Shown in pieces: positions 51,681-61,726 of a stretch of DNA of 64,000 nucleotides. This DNA is from Gemmatimonadota bacterium. GTDB lineage: Bacteria; Gemmatimonadota; Gemmatimonadetes; Palauibacterales; Palauibacteraceae. The position numbers and the translations under genes were made by a program. Location: NCBI GenBank assembly GCA_963666735.1, contig OY762926.1:406734-470733 (forward strand). Reading direction: 5' to 3'. Below the pieces are notes generated by a model, which was not told the origin of the DNA, made no database searches, and saw only the letters and a program-made list of their open reading frames with translations. How positions within the stretch are numbered: the first letter of the stretch is position 1; each line of letters opens with the position of its first letter.

Positions 51681-53930
51681 TTACATCAGGCCGTCGGAGT
51701 ATAGGTGGAGCCGCCAGAGGCTGCCGCCGCGGACGGCGCGTGCGATGTCGATGCGAAACAGGCCGTCCATGAGCGACACGCCGACCCCCACGCTCGACCG
51801 CCACCCCTCGGTACCGAAGGCGTCCACCGGTCCCGCCCAGCCCGCGTCCCAGAACCCCGTGATTCGGATCGGGCTGCCCCCGACATCGTACGCCGGATCG
51901 CCGATCCGGAATCCGCGCCCCAGTTCGAGCCGGCCGAACCAGAAGCTCCCGCCTCCGGTCGACACCGGATCGAAGGCACGCAACGTGTACGATCCGCCGA
52001 GGTGGAAGTGGCGCTGCGGAGGCGGTTTCCCGAACACCCTCCCGACCCCGCCCTCCAACGCCAGGGACCACCGGCTCACGGGGAGTTGCAGCGCCGCCGA
52101 GACCGCGGCGCGCCCGTAGAGATCGAAGTCGCCCGCCGCAGCCTCCCCCCAAACGGACCCGCTCAGGACCGGCGTGCCCGGATCCACCGAGGAAAAGGCG
52201 CGCAGGCGGCCCGAGATGCCCGCGATGTCGCCGCGCGCGGCCACGATGTTGTCGGAGAAAACCGCGTCGCCGAAGAGGTTCGGGAGCGAGGCATCGCTCT
52301 GCTTCGGTGCGTTCCGGTGGCGCTCCGCGAAGAGCGTACCCTCCACCCGGGTCCTCCTCCCCTGGCGGCTCGCCGCGATCTCGAAGCCGGTCTCACGGAA
52401 GTAGAGGCCTTCGTCATACCCCGCGATCAGGCTGTTGAAGGAGTTGCCGAAGGAGAGCGGGCGGCCCCAGTCCCCGAGGTCCGCGAGGCGCCGGTAGGCC
52501 GTGACCCCGAAACCGCCTCTGGCCGTCTGGCGCCGCCACCCGGCCTCGATGCCCGGCTCCCACTCCGGGATGCCGACCCGCGGCGTGACCGAGAACTCCG
52601 ATGTGACCCCCGTGGGCACGGCGAACCGGGCGCTGACCGAGATCCCTTCGACCCGATTGTAGCGGAGCCGGCGCAGGCCCGGAGCGATGTCCAGTCGGGG
52701 ACCCAGGCCCGCTGCGGCGGGGATGCGCAACGAGGACAGCCGATCCTTCAGGTCGTCGAGTTCCGCGGCCGCGAAGGCGTCGACCGTGGCGGAGAAGAGC
52801 GGTTCGGGCAGCTCCGGGGATGAGGGGAGCTCCTCGACGGGCGGTACGATAACCATGATGCGGCGAGCTTCGGCGGGGAGCGAGTCCGCCTCCGCCGTCA
52901 GCGGGTCGTCGCGGATGCCCTCGATCCGCCCCTCCTCTCCCTCGCTCGCCTCGGTCCCACCCGCCTCGGTGTCGACCGTCTCGTCGACCCACCGCGTCCA
53001 TCCGTCCGGCACGTCCTCTCCGGGATCGAGCGTTGGTTCCCGATCCACCAGGTAGTCCTCGAATGTCCATTCATAGCGCACGGGCATGCTCGCGAGATCC
53101 GCCATCGAGGCGACCGCATCGAAGGCCATGCGATTGGGGAGCCACCAGCGCAGTTCCTGGAGTCCGTAGTCGATCGTGATGAAGTCGACCCTCGCGCGGA
53201 TCGGCTTCACGAATTCGGGCACTTCGTCCGCATCCTCCGGTTCTTCGCGTTCGAAGTCGTATTCGATCGCGGGACGGTAGGCGGCGCGCGTGAGGACGCC
53301 TTCGTCGGCGTCGAACCAGAACGAGCCCGCGATGCGGTCGAAACGGGCCTCCCGCGGCTCGACGATCGCCTCGATCAGCGTCACTTCCCGGTTGTCCCCC
53401 TGGAAGCGAAGGCGCAGCGTATCGCCGGAGCGGTAGCGGTAGTGATACGCTGCGGTATCCGCCAAAGGGTGCAGGGCCCAGTCCTCGCCGATCGCCACAT
53501 GCTCGCTGGCCGGATCGATGATGTCGAAGTCGAAGTCGAACGCATCGTCGTCGCGCAGGTCGTCTTCGAACTCGACTCCCAGGCCGACGATGGGCACCCC
53601 GCGGCGGACTCCCAGCCAGCGGACGATGTGTTCGCCCTCCGCGGTCCAGCGCAGGCGCGCGGCGCGTTCCTGGTGGAACATCGCCCGCTCGCGTCGCAGG
53701 ACGGCGCCGCCCAGTCCGGCGTAGATGCGTTCGCGGAAGGTGGCCTCGAAGCTCGTCAGCCCCTCGGCCCGAGCCCTGCGCTGCTCCAGGGCGCGCTCGA
53801 TCAGCCCCGCGATCCCGTCATCCGCGTAGGCGTCGGCCGGAATCGGCCGCGAGACGGCGTCGGGCGGATCCTGGAGGGCGCGCGCGTCGAATGCGGCGCC
53901 CGCGACGGCCCCCATCCACGCGGCCAGCAT
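51681..53930 (-). CDS. Large secreted hypothetical protein (~750 aa) with probable C-terminal outer-membrane beta-barrel region
   Basis: Trimmed to 'MLAAWMGAVAGAAFDARALQ' signal. Acidic central region; C-terminal alternating-hydrophobic strands. The upstream 458 codons of the 1207-aa track ORF are antisense to real genes and spurious. Confidence 0.45.
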   Translation of the reverse strand: MLAAWMGAVAGAAFDARALQDPPDAVSRPIPADAYADDGIAGLIERALEQRRARAEGLTSFEATFRERIYAGLGGAVLRRERAMFHQERAARLRWTAEGEHIVRWLGVRRGVPIVGLGVEFEDDLRDDDAFDFDFDIIDPASEHVAIGEDWALHPLADTAAYHYRYRSGDTLRLRFQGDNREVTLIEAIVEPREARFDRIAGSFWFDADEGVLTRAAYRPAIEYDFEREEPEDADEVPEFVKPIRARVDFITIDYGLQELRWWLPNRMAFDAVASMADLASMPVRYEWTFEDYLVDREPTLDPGEDVPDGWTRWVDETVDTEAGGTEASEGEEGRIEGIRDDPLTAEADSLPAEARRIMVIVPPVEELPSSPELPEPLFSATVDAFAAAELDDLKDRLSSLRIPAAAGLGPRLDIAPGLRRLRYNRVEGISVSARFAVPTGVTSEFSVTPRVGIPEWEPGIEAGWRRQTARGGFGVTAYRRLADLGDWGRPLSFGNSFNSLIAGYDEGLYFRETGFEIAASRQGRRTRVEGTLFAERHRNAPKQSDASLPNLFGDAVFSDNIVAARGDIAGISGRLRAFSSVDPGTPVLSGSVWGEAAAGDFDLYGRAAVSAALQLPVSRWSLALEGGVGRVFGKPPPQRHFHLGGSYTLRAFDPVSTGGGSFWFGRLELGRGFRIGDPAYDVGGSPIRITGFWDAGWAGPVDAFGTEGWRSSVGVGVSLMDGLFRIDIARAVRGGSLWRLHLYSDGLM

Positions 53931-54077
53931 GAGGGCGCGCGCGGCAGCAAGCGTTCGGTCCAAAAGTACTCTCCGGTCTGGAGCTGACTCCCCGGCGTCG
54001 ACGCGCGGGGCCTGCAGCCGATGGCGAGACGCGGCCGCCCGGGCGGGTGACACATCCCGACAGGAGCCGCTACGTCT

Positions 54078-54767
54078 ATGTTCGGTAGACGTTTCAACCT
54101 TCGTCCGCGTCACCCGGGAGGAAAGCGAGTGGGGCTGTACTCCGAACACATCTTCCCGCGCCTCATGGAGAGCGGGCTCGGGGGCGGCGTGCATCGCAGG
54201 TACCGGCGCCGGGTGCTCTCCCGCGCACGGGGGAACGTACTCGAGGTCGGCTTCGGCACCGGCCTCAATCTCGAATGCTACCCGACATCGGTTCACCGCG
54301 TCACCGGAATCGACCCCGCAGCCGTGCTCGAACGCCGCGTGCGCGCTCGCGTCGCCCGGGCTCCCTTCCCCGTCGAGCGCGTGATCCACGATGCCGCCGA
54401 CCGACTCCCTTTTCCGGACGCGCATTTCGACACGGCGACGAGCACCTGGACGCTGTGTTCGATCGCACGGGTCCGGGAGGCCCTCCTGGAACTGAGGCGT
54501 GCGCTGAAGCCTTCCGGCGAACTCCTCTTCCTCGAGCACGGACGGAACGAGAAAGGCTGGGTTTCGCGCCTGCAGGACACCTTGAACCCGCTCCAGAACT
54601 TCGTGGCCTGCGGCTGCAACGTTAACCGGAAGATCGACGCCGAGATCGAGCGCGGCGGATTCCGGATCATCGAACTCGACCGCTTCACGATGCCCGGGGT
54701 GCCCCGGGTGCTGGGCTCCGTCTACCTTGGCGTGGCCAGGCCGCACAACGGTAGACGACTCGCGTGA
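54078..54767 (+). CDS. Class I SAM-dependent methyltransferase (Methyltransf_11-like)
   Basis: 'VLEVGFGTGLN' motif I; 'LKPSGELLFLEH' motif post-II. Confidence 0.7.
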   Translation: MFGRRFNLRPRHPGGKRVGLYSEHIFPRLMESGLGGGVHRRYRRRVLSRARGNVLEVGFGTGLNLECYPTSVHRVTGIDPAAVLERRVRARVARAPFPVERVIHDAADRLPFPDAHFDTATSTWTLCSIARVREALLELRRALKPSGELLFLEHGRNEKGWVSRLQDTLNPLQNFVACGCNVNRKIDAEIERGGFRIIELDRFTMPGVPRVLGSVYLGVARPHNGRRLA

Positions 54768-54912
54768 GGCTCGCGGCGCTGGCCGGGCCCGCCCGCCGGC
54801 CGCCGGACGTTTGCGCGGCGGCTGACTTGGCCACAGAGTAGCGTCCGCCGCAACCGACGATGACGCCCGGCGCCCGGCGCGCCGGCGATCCCCATAACAG
54901 GCGTCCCGATAC

Positions 54913-55686
54913 ATGGCACGAGGTCGCAAGGCAAGAGACAGCAAGGAAGAGGCGGACGAAGCCGCGGGAAGCAAGCGGGAACGTTCCCCATCTCCACCGG
55001 CGTTCAGCGCCGCGTGGTTCCGCGACTGGATGCGTACTCTTGCCGTCGCGGCCCTCATCTTCGTTTTCTTCCGGACGTTTCTACTCGCGACGTTCGTGAT
55101 CACCTCGGGGTCGATGGAGGAGACCCTCCTCGTCGGCGATTTCCTGCTCGTGAACAAGACGTCGCTCGGTGCGCCGATCCCGTTTACGAATGCCCGCGTG
55201 CCGGGATACGCCGAGCCGGAGTACGGGGACATCATCGTGTTCAGGGCGGACCATTCTCCGGGGCTGGATATCGTCAAGCGTACCGTGGGCCTGCCCGGCG
55301 ACACCCTCCGAATGGAGGGAGGCGTCCTCTACCGAAACGGCGCCGCGGTCGACGAACCCTACATCCGGCGCAATCCGCGCCAGCCGGATGACGGGGACCC
55401 CCGGATGCGGTGGCAACTGGAGCACCTGGTTCCCGATCCGGAGCGAGGCGAGTACGAACCCACGCGGGACAGCTGGGGGCCCCTCGCGATTCCGCCGGAA
55501 CGCTACTTCATGCTGGGGGACAACCGGGACGAGAGCCTCGATTCACGGTTCTGGGGCTTCGTCGAGCGCGGGAAGATGCGGGGCAGACCCTTATTCATCT
55601 ACTTCTCGTACGATCGGGAGGCGCTAAAGCCGGTAAAGTTCCTCACGGCGATGAGGCCGGGAAGGATCGGACCCTCGCCGGACTAG
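54913..55686 (+). CDS. lepB: Signal peptidase I
   Basis: TM anchor; 'SGSMEETL' (catalytic Ser), 'IVKRTVGLPGD' (Lys), 'GDNRDESLDSRFWGFV'. Confidence 0.85.
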   Translation: MARGRKARDSKEEADEAAGSKRERSPSPPAFSAAWFRDWMRTLAVAALIFVFFRTFLLATFVITSGSMEETLLVGDFLLVNKTSLGAPIPFTNARVPGYAEPEYGDIIVFRADHSPGLDIVKRTVGLPGDTLRMEGGVLYRNGAAVDEPYIRRNPRQPDDGDPRMRWQLEHLVPDPERGEYEPTRDSWGPLAIPPERYFMLGDNRDESLDSRFWGFVERGKMRGRPLFIYFSYDREALKPVKFLTAMRPGRIGPSPD

Positions 55687-55954
55687 CGCGGTGTCGCGGA
55701 GATCCGCGAGTCACGGAGGGTGACGTCGTCAGAGCTTCTTGAGCAGCTTCCGAATGACGATCACGGCGACGGCGATGGCGATCTTTTTCATGAGGTTTCC
55801 TCTCCCGCGCATGGCATACGCTGCAAGGTGGCGCGTCCACGCTCCGTCGAACAGTACGGGCCGCTCCCGGGTCGAGGTTTCGGGCGCTCTGGCCCGCGAC
55901 CGACCGTCGGGCAACGTTGAACGGATGATTCAGGTTCGCAGTCCAGGAGGTGTC

Positions 55955-57460
55955 ATGCGCGTGACCCGGGCGGTCGCCTTGGCGGCGATTCTCTCCTGTG
56001 CGGCGTGTGATGCGCCGTCCACCGGCGAGGCGGTGGCGGCCGATCATTCCCATGCCGGCGGCGGCGTCGTGACGCACTGGACCGAGTCGCTCGAACTCTT
56101 CGTCGAGTACCCTCCGCACGTCCGGGGGGTCGCGAGCGATCCGTGGGCCATCCACCTCACCTGGCTGGCGGACTGGAAACCGGTGCGGGAGGGGCGCCTC
56201 GTGCTCCTGCTGCGCGGACCCGGCGGCGCCCGCGAAGAGATCGTACTGCCGGCCCCGGCGAGCCCGGGGGTCTACGGCGCGAGCCCGACCCTCACGGAAA
56301 CCGGGACCTGGCGGGCGGACCTGACTCTCACGGCCCGCGGCGCGGACCATGCGATTCCGGTGGGACAGTTGCGGGTGTACGAAAGCGAGGATGCGCTGCC
56401 ACACGACGTGGAGCAGCCGCTTCCGGGGTTGATCGCGCTCCCGAAGGAAGAGCAGTGGGCGATGCCGTTCGAGGTGACGGTCGCGGAGATGCGCCGGATT
56501 CCGAACTCGATCCCGGTGACCGGGGAACTCGCGGCCCCCGCGCGCGGCCTCGCCTACGTCTCGACACCGGTGGAAGGCCTCGTGCTCGTCCAAGGGCCAT
56601 CGCCCGCACCCGGCGAGGTCGTGCGGGAGGGAGAGACATTGGCCTTGATCGCCCCGACGAGCCTCGACGATTCGTACGCACGCATGCGCGCGGACGTGGA
56701 GGAGGCCGGGCGCGAGGCGGACCGGATGGAGCGCCTATTCGCAGCCGGGGCTATTGCGGAGAGCCGCCTCGAGGGGGCGCGGCATGACCTCGACGTGGCA
56801 CGGGCGGCCTTCGAGGTGGTGGGCGGCGTTCAACCCGGCGAGGAGGGCGCCGGTCCCGACCCGCACGTCTACCGGCTTCGGAGTCCGATCGGGGGAGTGA
56901 TCGCCGACCGCCGGGTGGCCCCCGGCGAGCACGTCGCCACCGGGACGCATGCGTTCACGGTCGTGCGCCCCGATACGCTGTGGTTCGTCGCGCGGGTTCC
57001 GGCGCGCTACGCGGAAGCGGCGAGCGAAGTGCGTGGCACATGGTTCACCGTTGAAGGCACGACCCACACGCACGCCGCCGATCGCGTGGTATCGGTGGGG
57101 AGCATCATCGATGCCGGGAGCCGTACGCTGCCGGTCCGGTTCGCGGTCGCGAACGCGGGCGGAGAACTCAAGGTGGGGATGCTGGCCGAGGGACATCTGC
57201 TGCTCGGTGAACCACTGGAAGGCGTGGCCGTCCCGGCGCCGGCGATCCTGGACGAGGACGGGCTCTCCGTCGTCTACGTCAAGGTTGGCGGCGAAGCGTT
57301 TCAACGGCGAGTCGTGGAGACCGGCCCCTCCGACGGGTTGTGGACCATCGTTCACTCCGGCGTGGCGAGCGGGGAACAGGTGGTCGCCGTCGGCGCCTAT
57401 CAGGTGAGGCTGGCCTCCCTCGGCGACGTGGAGGTCTCGGACCACGGGCACCCGCACTGA
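55955..57460 (+). CDS. Efflux RND periplasmic adaptor (membrane fusion protein), CusB/CzcB-like
   Basis: AGGAGG RBS 5 nt upstream; lipobox 'LSCAAC'; beta-barrel/lipoyl motifs; directly precedes the HME-RND pump gene. Confidence 0.75.
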   Translation: MRVTRAVALAAILSCAACDAPSTGEAVAADHSHAGGGVVTHWTESLELFVEYPPHVRGVASDPWAIHLTWLADWKPVREGRLVLLLRGPGGAREEIVLPAPASPGVYGASPTLTETGTWRADLTLTARGADHAIPVGQLRVYESEDALPHDVEQPLPGLIALPKEEQWAMPFEVTVAEMRRIPNSIPVTGELAAPARGLAYVSTPVEGLVLVQGPSPAPGEVVREGETLALIAPTSLDDSYARMRADVEEAGREADRMERLFAAGAIAESRLEGARHDLDVARAAFEVVGGVQPGEEGAGPDPHVYRLRSPIGGVIADRRVAPGEHVATGTHAFTVVRPDTLWFVARVPARYAEAASEVRGTWFTVEGTTHTHAADRVVSVGSIIDAGSRTLPVRFAVANAGGELKVGMLAEGHLLLGEPLEGVAVPAPAILDEDGLSVVYVKVGGEAFQRRVVETGPSDGLWTIVHSGVASGEQVVAVGAYQVRLASLGDVEVSDHGHPH

Positions 57461-57470
57461 GGACCCCGGG

Positions 57471-60400
57471 ATGAGCGTTCCCGGACCCTCAGGAGACCGG
57501 CCGGGCCTCCTGCACGGACTGTTGGACCGGCTCGTCCATGCCTCGCTGGAGAACCGCTTTCTCGCCGTGGCCGCCGGGATCCTTCTCCTGGGGGGCGGGG
57601 GATGGGTGGGGGCCACGCTGCCCGTCGACGTCTTTCCCGACCTCACCGCTCCCACGGTGACGGTGCTCAGCGACGCTCACGGGTTGGCCCCGGAAGAGGT
57701 CGAGAGTCTCGTCACCTTCCCGATCGAAACAGCGGTGAACGGCGCGGCCGGCGTGCGCCGGGTCCGGTCGAGTTCGGCTCAGGGGATCAGCATCGTCTGG
57801 GTGGATTTCGACTGGGGGACGGACATCCTCCGCGCCCGGCAGGTCGTGAACGAGCGGCTTCAACTCGCCGCGGCCCAACTGCCCGACGACGTGAGCGCGC
57901 CTGTCCTCGCGCCCGTGAGTTCGATCATGGGGGAGATCCTGCTCGTCGGCATGACCGCGCCCGCCCCGCGACTCATGGAGGCGCGGACGGCCGCCGACTG
58001 GACCGTCCGGCGAAGATTGCTTGCCGTGCCCGGGGTGTCGCAGGTGGTCTCGATCGGCGGTCAGGTGCGCCAGTACCAGATCCTGATCCACCCCGAGCGC
58101 CTGCTCGCATACGGCGTCGGGCTCGACCAGGTGCTGGAGGCGGCGGCGGGGTCGAACCGGAACGCGTCCGGAGGCGTCTATCGTTCGGGCGGGCGCGAGA
58201 TCCTGATCCGCGGCATCGGCCGCGCGCGCGACCTCGAGGAGATCGGCCTGACCGTCGTCGCCGTCAGGGAGGAAGTACCGGTCCTCATCGAGGACCTGGC
58301 CGAAGTACGAATCGGTCCGCGCGTCCGGCTCGGGACCGCTTCCGTGAACGCGGAGCCCGCGGTCGTCCTATCGATCCAGAAACAGCCCGGTGCCAACACG
58401 CTGGAGCTGACGGAGCGGATCGACGCCGAACTGAACGAGATCGAGGCGGAACTTCCGACGGGCGTGGCCTTCGAGAGGGCCGTGTTCCGACAGGCCGATT
58501 TCATATCGCTCGCCGTGGAAAACGTGATCGACGCCCTGCGCGACGGCGCGTTGCTCGTCATCGCGGTGCTCCTGCTTTTTCTGTGGAACCTCAGGACGAC
58601 GGCGATTTCCGTGCTCGCGATCCCGCTCTCGCTGGCCCTGGCCGTCATCGTGCTGCGGCTCCTCGGGGGCACGATCAACACGATGACGCTAGGCGGCATG
58701 GCCATCGCGATCGGCGCGCTGGTCGATGACGCGATCATCGTGGTCGAGAACGTGCACCGCCGCCTGCGCGAAGACCGCCGCCGCCCGCCGGAGCGCCGGC
58801 GACGGCCGCTGACGCTCGTCCGGGATGCGGCCCGGGAGATCCGGAACCCGATCCTGAGCGCGACCCTCATCATCTCCATCGTCTTCGTCCCGCTCTTCTT
58901 CCTGTCCGGCGTGGAAGGGCGCATGCTCCGGCCGCTGGGACTGGCCTACATCGTGAGCATCCTCTCATCACTGCTCGTCGCCGTCACGGTCACGCCGGCC
59001 CTCTGCCACATGCTCATGCCGGGAGATCGCGCGATCTCCCGCCCGCGCGAGCCGTGGCTGATGCGTGGGCTCGAACGGGCGTACGGGCGCGTCCTCGACG
59101 GGGCGCTTCGGCGTTCCGGGGCCGTGCTTGGCGGAGCGGCGCTCCTGCTTCTCGGCACTCTGGCTCTCGTGCCCTCGCTGGGACGCGGATTCCTGCCCGA
59201 GTTCCAGGAGGGGACGCTGACCATCTCCGTCGTGAGTCTGCCCGGGACGTCGTTGGTGGAGTCCGACGCGATCGGGGCCCGCGTGGAGCGCCAACTCCTG
59301 GCCCACCCCGCCGTCGTCTCCACCTCGCGGCGGACCGGCCGGGCCGAACTGGACGAGCACGCCCAGGGCGCGAACGCCTCCGAGGTCGACGCGCGGCTGG
59401 ACCTTTCGGAGCACGGCATCGAGGAGGTCATGGCCGCGCTCCGCGACGACCTGGCGGGGCTCCCCGGGACGAACGTCACGATCGGGCAGCCGATCGGCCA
59501 CCGGATCGATCACATGCTCTCGGGCACGCGGGCGGCCATCGCGGCCAACCTGTTCGGGCCCGATCTCCGGCAACTGCGGGACATCGCCGCGGAGATCGAG
59601 ACCGTGGCGGGGACGGTGGAGGGTCTGGTGGATGTATCCGTAGAGAGGCAGGCGGACATCCCCCAGCTTCAGATCCGCGCCGACCGCCGCGCGATGGCCC
59701 GTCACGGCGTCACGCCGGCGGCGATGGCGGTGGCCGTGGATGTCGCGTTTCAGGGGGAGGAGGTGTCGCTCATCCGGGAAGGGGACCGCGCCTTCGACCT
59801 CGTGGTTCGCTACGCCGACGAACACCGAACGGATCCCGAGGCGATCGGCGGCACGCTGATGACGACGCCGGCGGGCGCTACCGTGCCGCTGTCGCAACTC
59901 GCTTCGATCGTGCCGTCTTTGGGCCCGAACGCGATCAGCCGCGAGAACGTGCAACGGAAGATCGTCGTGAGCGCGAACGTTGCGGGGCGCGACGTGGGCG
60001 GAGCCGCGGAGGAGCTAGAGGAGCGGGTCGCCGCGGAGGTCCAACTGCCGCCGGGCTACTACGTCCGGTACGGGGGGCAGTTCGAGAGCGGGCGGGAGGC
60101 GACGCGGCGCATCACGCTGCTCTCGCTGTTCTCGATCGCCGCCATCTTCCTCATCATGTTCCGAGCTTTCGGGAGCGCCCGGATCGCGGCCCTTCTCATG
60201 GTGAACCTGCCCCTGGCGCTGGCGGGAGGCGTGCTCGCGGTGCTGCTCATCGGCGGCACCGTGAACATCGCGACGCTGGTCGGGTTCATCACGCTGTTCG
60301 GCATCGCGGTGCGCAACGGGATCCTTCTCGTGAGCCGCTATCAGGATCTGCGGGCGGCGGGCGCCGAGCTCGGCCCGAGCATCCGGCGCGGCTCCCTGGA

Positions 60401-60650
60401 ACGTCTCAGCCCCATCCTGATGACGGCGCTCACGGCGGGCCTCGCGCTCGTCCCGCTCGCGCTCGGCATCGGGGAACCGGGCAAGGAGATTCAGGCCCCG
60501 CTCGCCGTCGTCGTGCTCGGAGGGCTCCTGACGTCCACCGCGCTCAACATGGTCGTCGTTCCGGCTCTCTTCCTGCGCTTCGCCGGGCCCCTCAGCGGAA
60601 GCGGCCGAGGGAGAACGGGGACAGGTCCCGGGACGGCGGCTCGTCCGTGA
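57471..60650 (+). CDS. Heavy-metal efflux RND permease, CusA/CzcA family
   Basis: 1059 aa; 'LENRFLAVAAGILLLGGGGWVGATLPVDVFPDLTAPTVTVLSDAHGLAPEEVESLVTFPIE' HME-family N-terminus; 12-TM topology. Confidence 0.85.
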   Translation: MSVPGPSGDRPGLLHGLLDRLVHASLENRFLAVAAGILLLGGGGWVGATLPVDVFPDLTAPTVTVLSDAHGLAPEEVESLVTFPIETAVNGAAGVRRVRSSSAQGISIVWVDFDWGTDILRARQVVNERLQLAAAQLPDDVSAPVLAPVSSIMGEILLVGMTAPAPRLMEARTAADWTVRRRLLAVPGVSQVVSIGGQVRQYQILIHPERLLAYGVGLDQVLEAAAGSNRNASGGVYRSGGREILIRGIGRARDLEEIGLTVVAVREEVPVLIEDLAEVRIGPRVRLGTASVNAEPAVVLSIQKQPGANTLELTERIDAELNEIEAELPTGVAFERAVFRQADFISLAVENVIDALRDGALLVIAVLLLFLWNLRTTAISVLAIPLSLALAVIVLRLLGGTINTMTLGGMAIAIGALVDDAIIVVENVHRRLREDRRRPPERRRRPLTLVRDAAREIRNPILSATLIISIVFVPLFFLSGVEGRMLRPLGLAYIVSILSSLLVAVTVTPALCHMLMPGDRAISRPREPWLMRGLERAYGRVLDGALRRSGAVLGGAALLLLGTLALVPSLGRGFLPEFQEGTLTISVVSLPGTSLVESDAIGARVERQLLAHPAVVSTSRRTGRAELDEHAQGANASEVDARLDLSEHGIEEVMAALRDDLAGLPGTNVTIGQPIGHRIDHMLSGTRAAIAANLFGPDLRQLRDIAAEIETVAGTVEGLVDVSVERQADIPQLQIRADRRAMARHGVTPAAMAVAVDVAFQGEEVSLIREGDRAFDLVVRYADEHRTDPEAIGGTLMTTPAGATVPLSQLASIVPSLGPNAISRENVQRKIVVSANVAGRDVGGAAEELEERVAAEVQLPPGYYVRYGGQFESGREATRRITLLSLFSIAAIFLIMFRAFGSARIAALLMVNLPLALAGGVLAVLLIGGTVNIATLVGFITLFGIAVRNGILLVSRYQDLRAAGAELGPSIRRGSLERLSPILMTALTAGLALVPLALGIGEPGKEIQAPLAVVVLGGLLTSTALNMVVVPALFLRFAGPLSGSGRGRTGTGPGTAARP

Positions 60651-61710
60651 GAAGGTCCGCCATGAGTCCGCCGAGGACCGGCAGAAACTTGAACGCGTGA
60701 CCCGAGCCCCCCGCGAAGATGGCGATGCGGGAATGGTCGGGGTGGCGGTCCAGAATGAAGTCCTCGTCGGGCGTGTTCGTGTAGAGGCAGACGGACGCGT
60801 GGGTGAGGGGGCCCGCCACGCCCGGCGCGTGCCGCGCGAACAGCCTCCGCAGTGCCTCCGCCCCGGCGTCGCCCGCCTCGCGGTCGACCCGCTCGATATC
60901 GGTTCCGCGTCCCGCCTGGAAGTGCATCCCCGCCTTGAGGCCTCGCGCCGTCGGGGGGAAGCCGTACCAGGTGCCCTCCCGTTCGAGTTCCCACACCCAG
61001 GCGGGACCCTCCGCCAGCGCGCCCGCATGCTCCCCGGCAGGTTCGAACCAGTACTGCACCGTGCGCTCCACTTCGAGCGGGAGGGCCAGCCCGGGAAGCA
61101 ATTGCGGCGTCCAGGCTCCCGCCGCGATTGCTAGCCGCCGCGCCGCGTATTCCCCTCGTTCGGTCCGGATCCGGACGCCCGAGGCCGACGCGGACCACTC
61201 GATCGCGGGCTCGTCGAAGCGCAGGTCCGCGCCCTCCGCCGCCTCCAGCGTCGCTTCGAGACAGGCCTCCAGCGAGAGAATCGCGGCGCCCGGTTCGTAG
61301 ATGGCGACGGTCCCCGGATCCGGCCGAAGCCAGGGGAAGCGCTCGGCGACCTCCTCCGCGGAGAGAAAGAGGTCGTCGGTGTCCGGCTGCGCGACGCCGC
61401 GCAGCGGGCTCCCCGCGAACACGCGGCCATCCGGCGGCCCCATCATGAGGGCGCCCGCAGTCCGCACCAGGCTCCTGCCGGACGTGCGTTCGAGGTGCGC
61501 CCAGCTCCGGTGGGCATCGCGAACCAGCGGCACGTAGGGAGAACCCCGATACCAGGCCTCGCGGATCATCCGCGTGTCGCTGTGGGCCGATCCCATCGTG
61601 TGCGGGGGCGCGTAGCGGTCGAATCCCACCACCGCATGTCCGCGCCGGACCAATTCGGCCGCAGTCGCGCTTCCGATGGCTCCGAGCCCGATGACGGCGA
61701 AGTCGTGCAT
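60592..61710 (-). CDS. FAD-dependent amine oxidase, monomeric sarcosine oxidase / N-methyltryptophan oxidase-like
   Basis: Trimmed to 'MHDFAVIGLGAIGSATAAELVRRGHAVVGFDRY' (GxGxxG); C-terminal 'GGSGHAFKF'. The 3' end overlaps the convergent RND gene by ~59 bp. Confidence 0.7.
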   Translation of the reverse strand: MHDFAVIGLGAIGSATAAELVRRGHAVVGFDRYAPPHTMGSAHSDTRMIREAWYRGSPYVPLVRDAHRSWAHLERTSGRSLVRTAGALMMGPPDGRVFAGSPLRGVAQPDTDDLFLSAEEVAERFPWLRPDPGTVAIYEPGAAILSLEACLEATLEAAEGADLRFDEPAIEWSASASGVRIRTERGEYAARRLAIAAGAWTPQLLPGLALPLEVERTVQYWFEPAGEHAGALAEGPAWVWELEREGTWYGFPPTARGLKAGMHFQAGRGTDIERVDREAGDAGAEALRRLFARHAPGVAGPLTHASVCLYTNTPDEDFILDRHPDHSRIAIFAGGSGHAFKFLPVLGGLMADLLTDEPPSRDLSPFSLGRFR

Positions 61711-61726
61711 GGCGAGGCGGACCGGC

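Noticed and set aside
51681-55304. 1207-aa ORF
   Set aside because: The N-terminal 458 codons run antisense through the methyltransferase and lepB genes and are Arg/Pro-rich GC artefact. Real start taken at the signal-peptide Met (53930).
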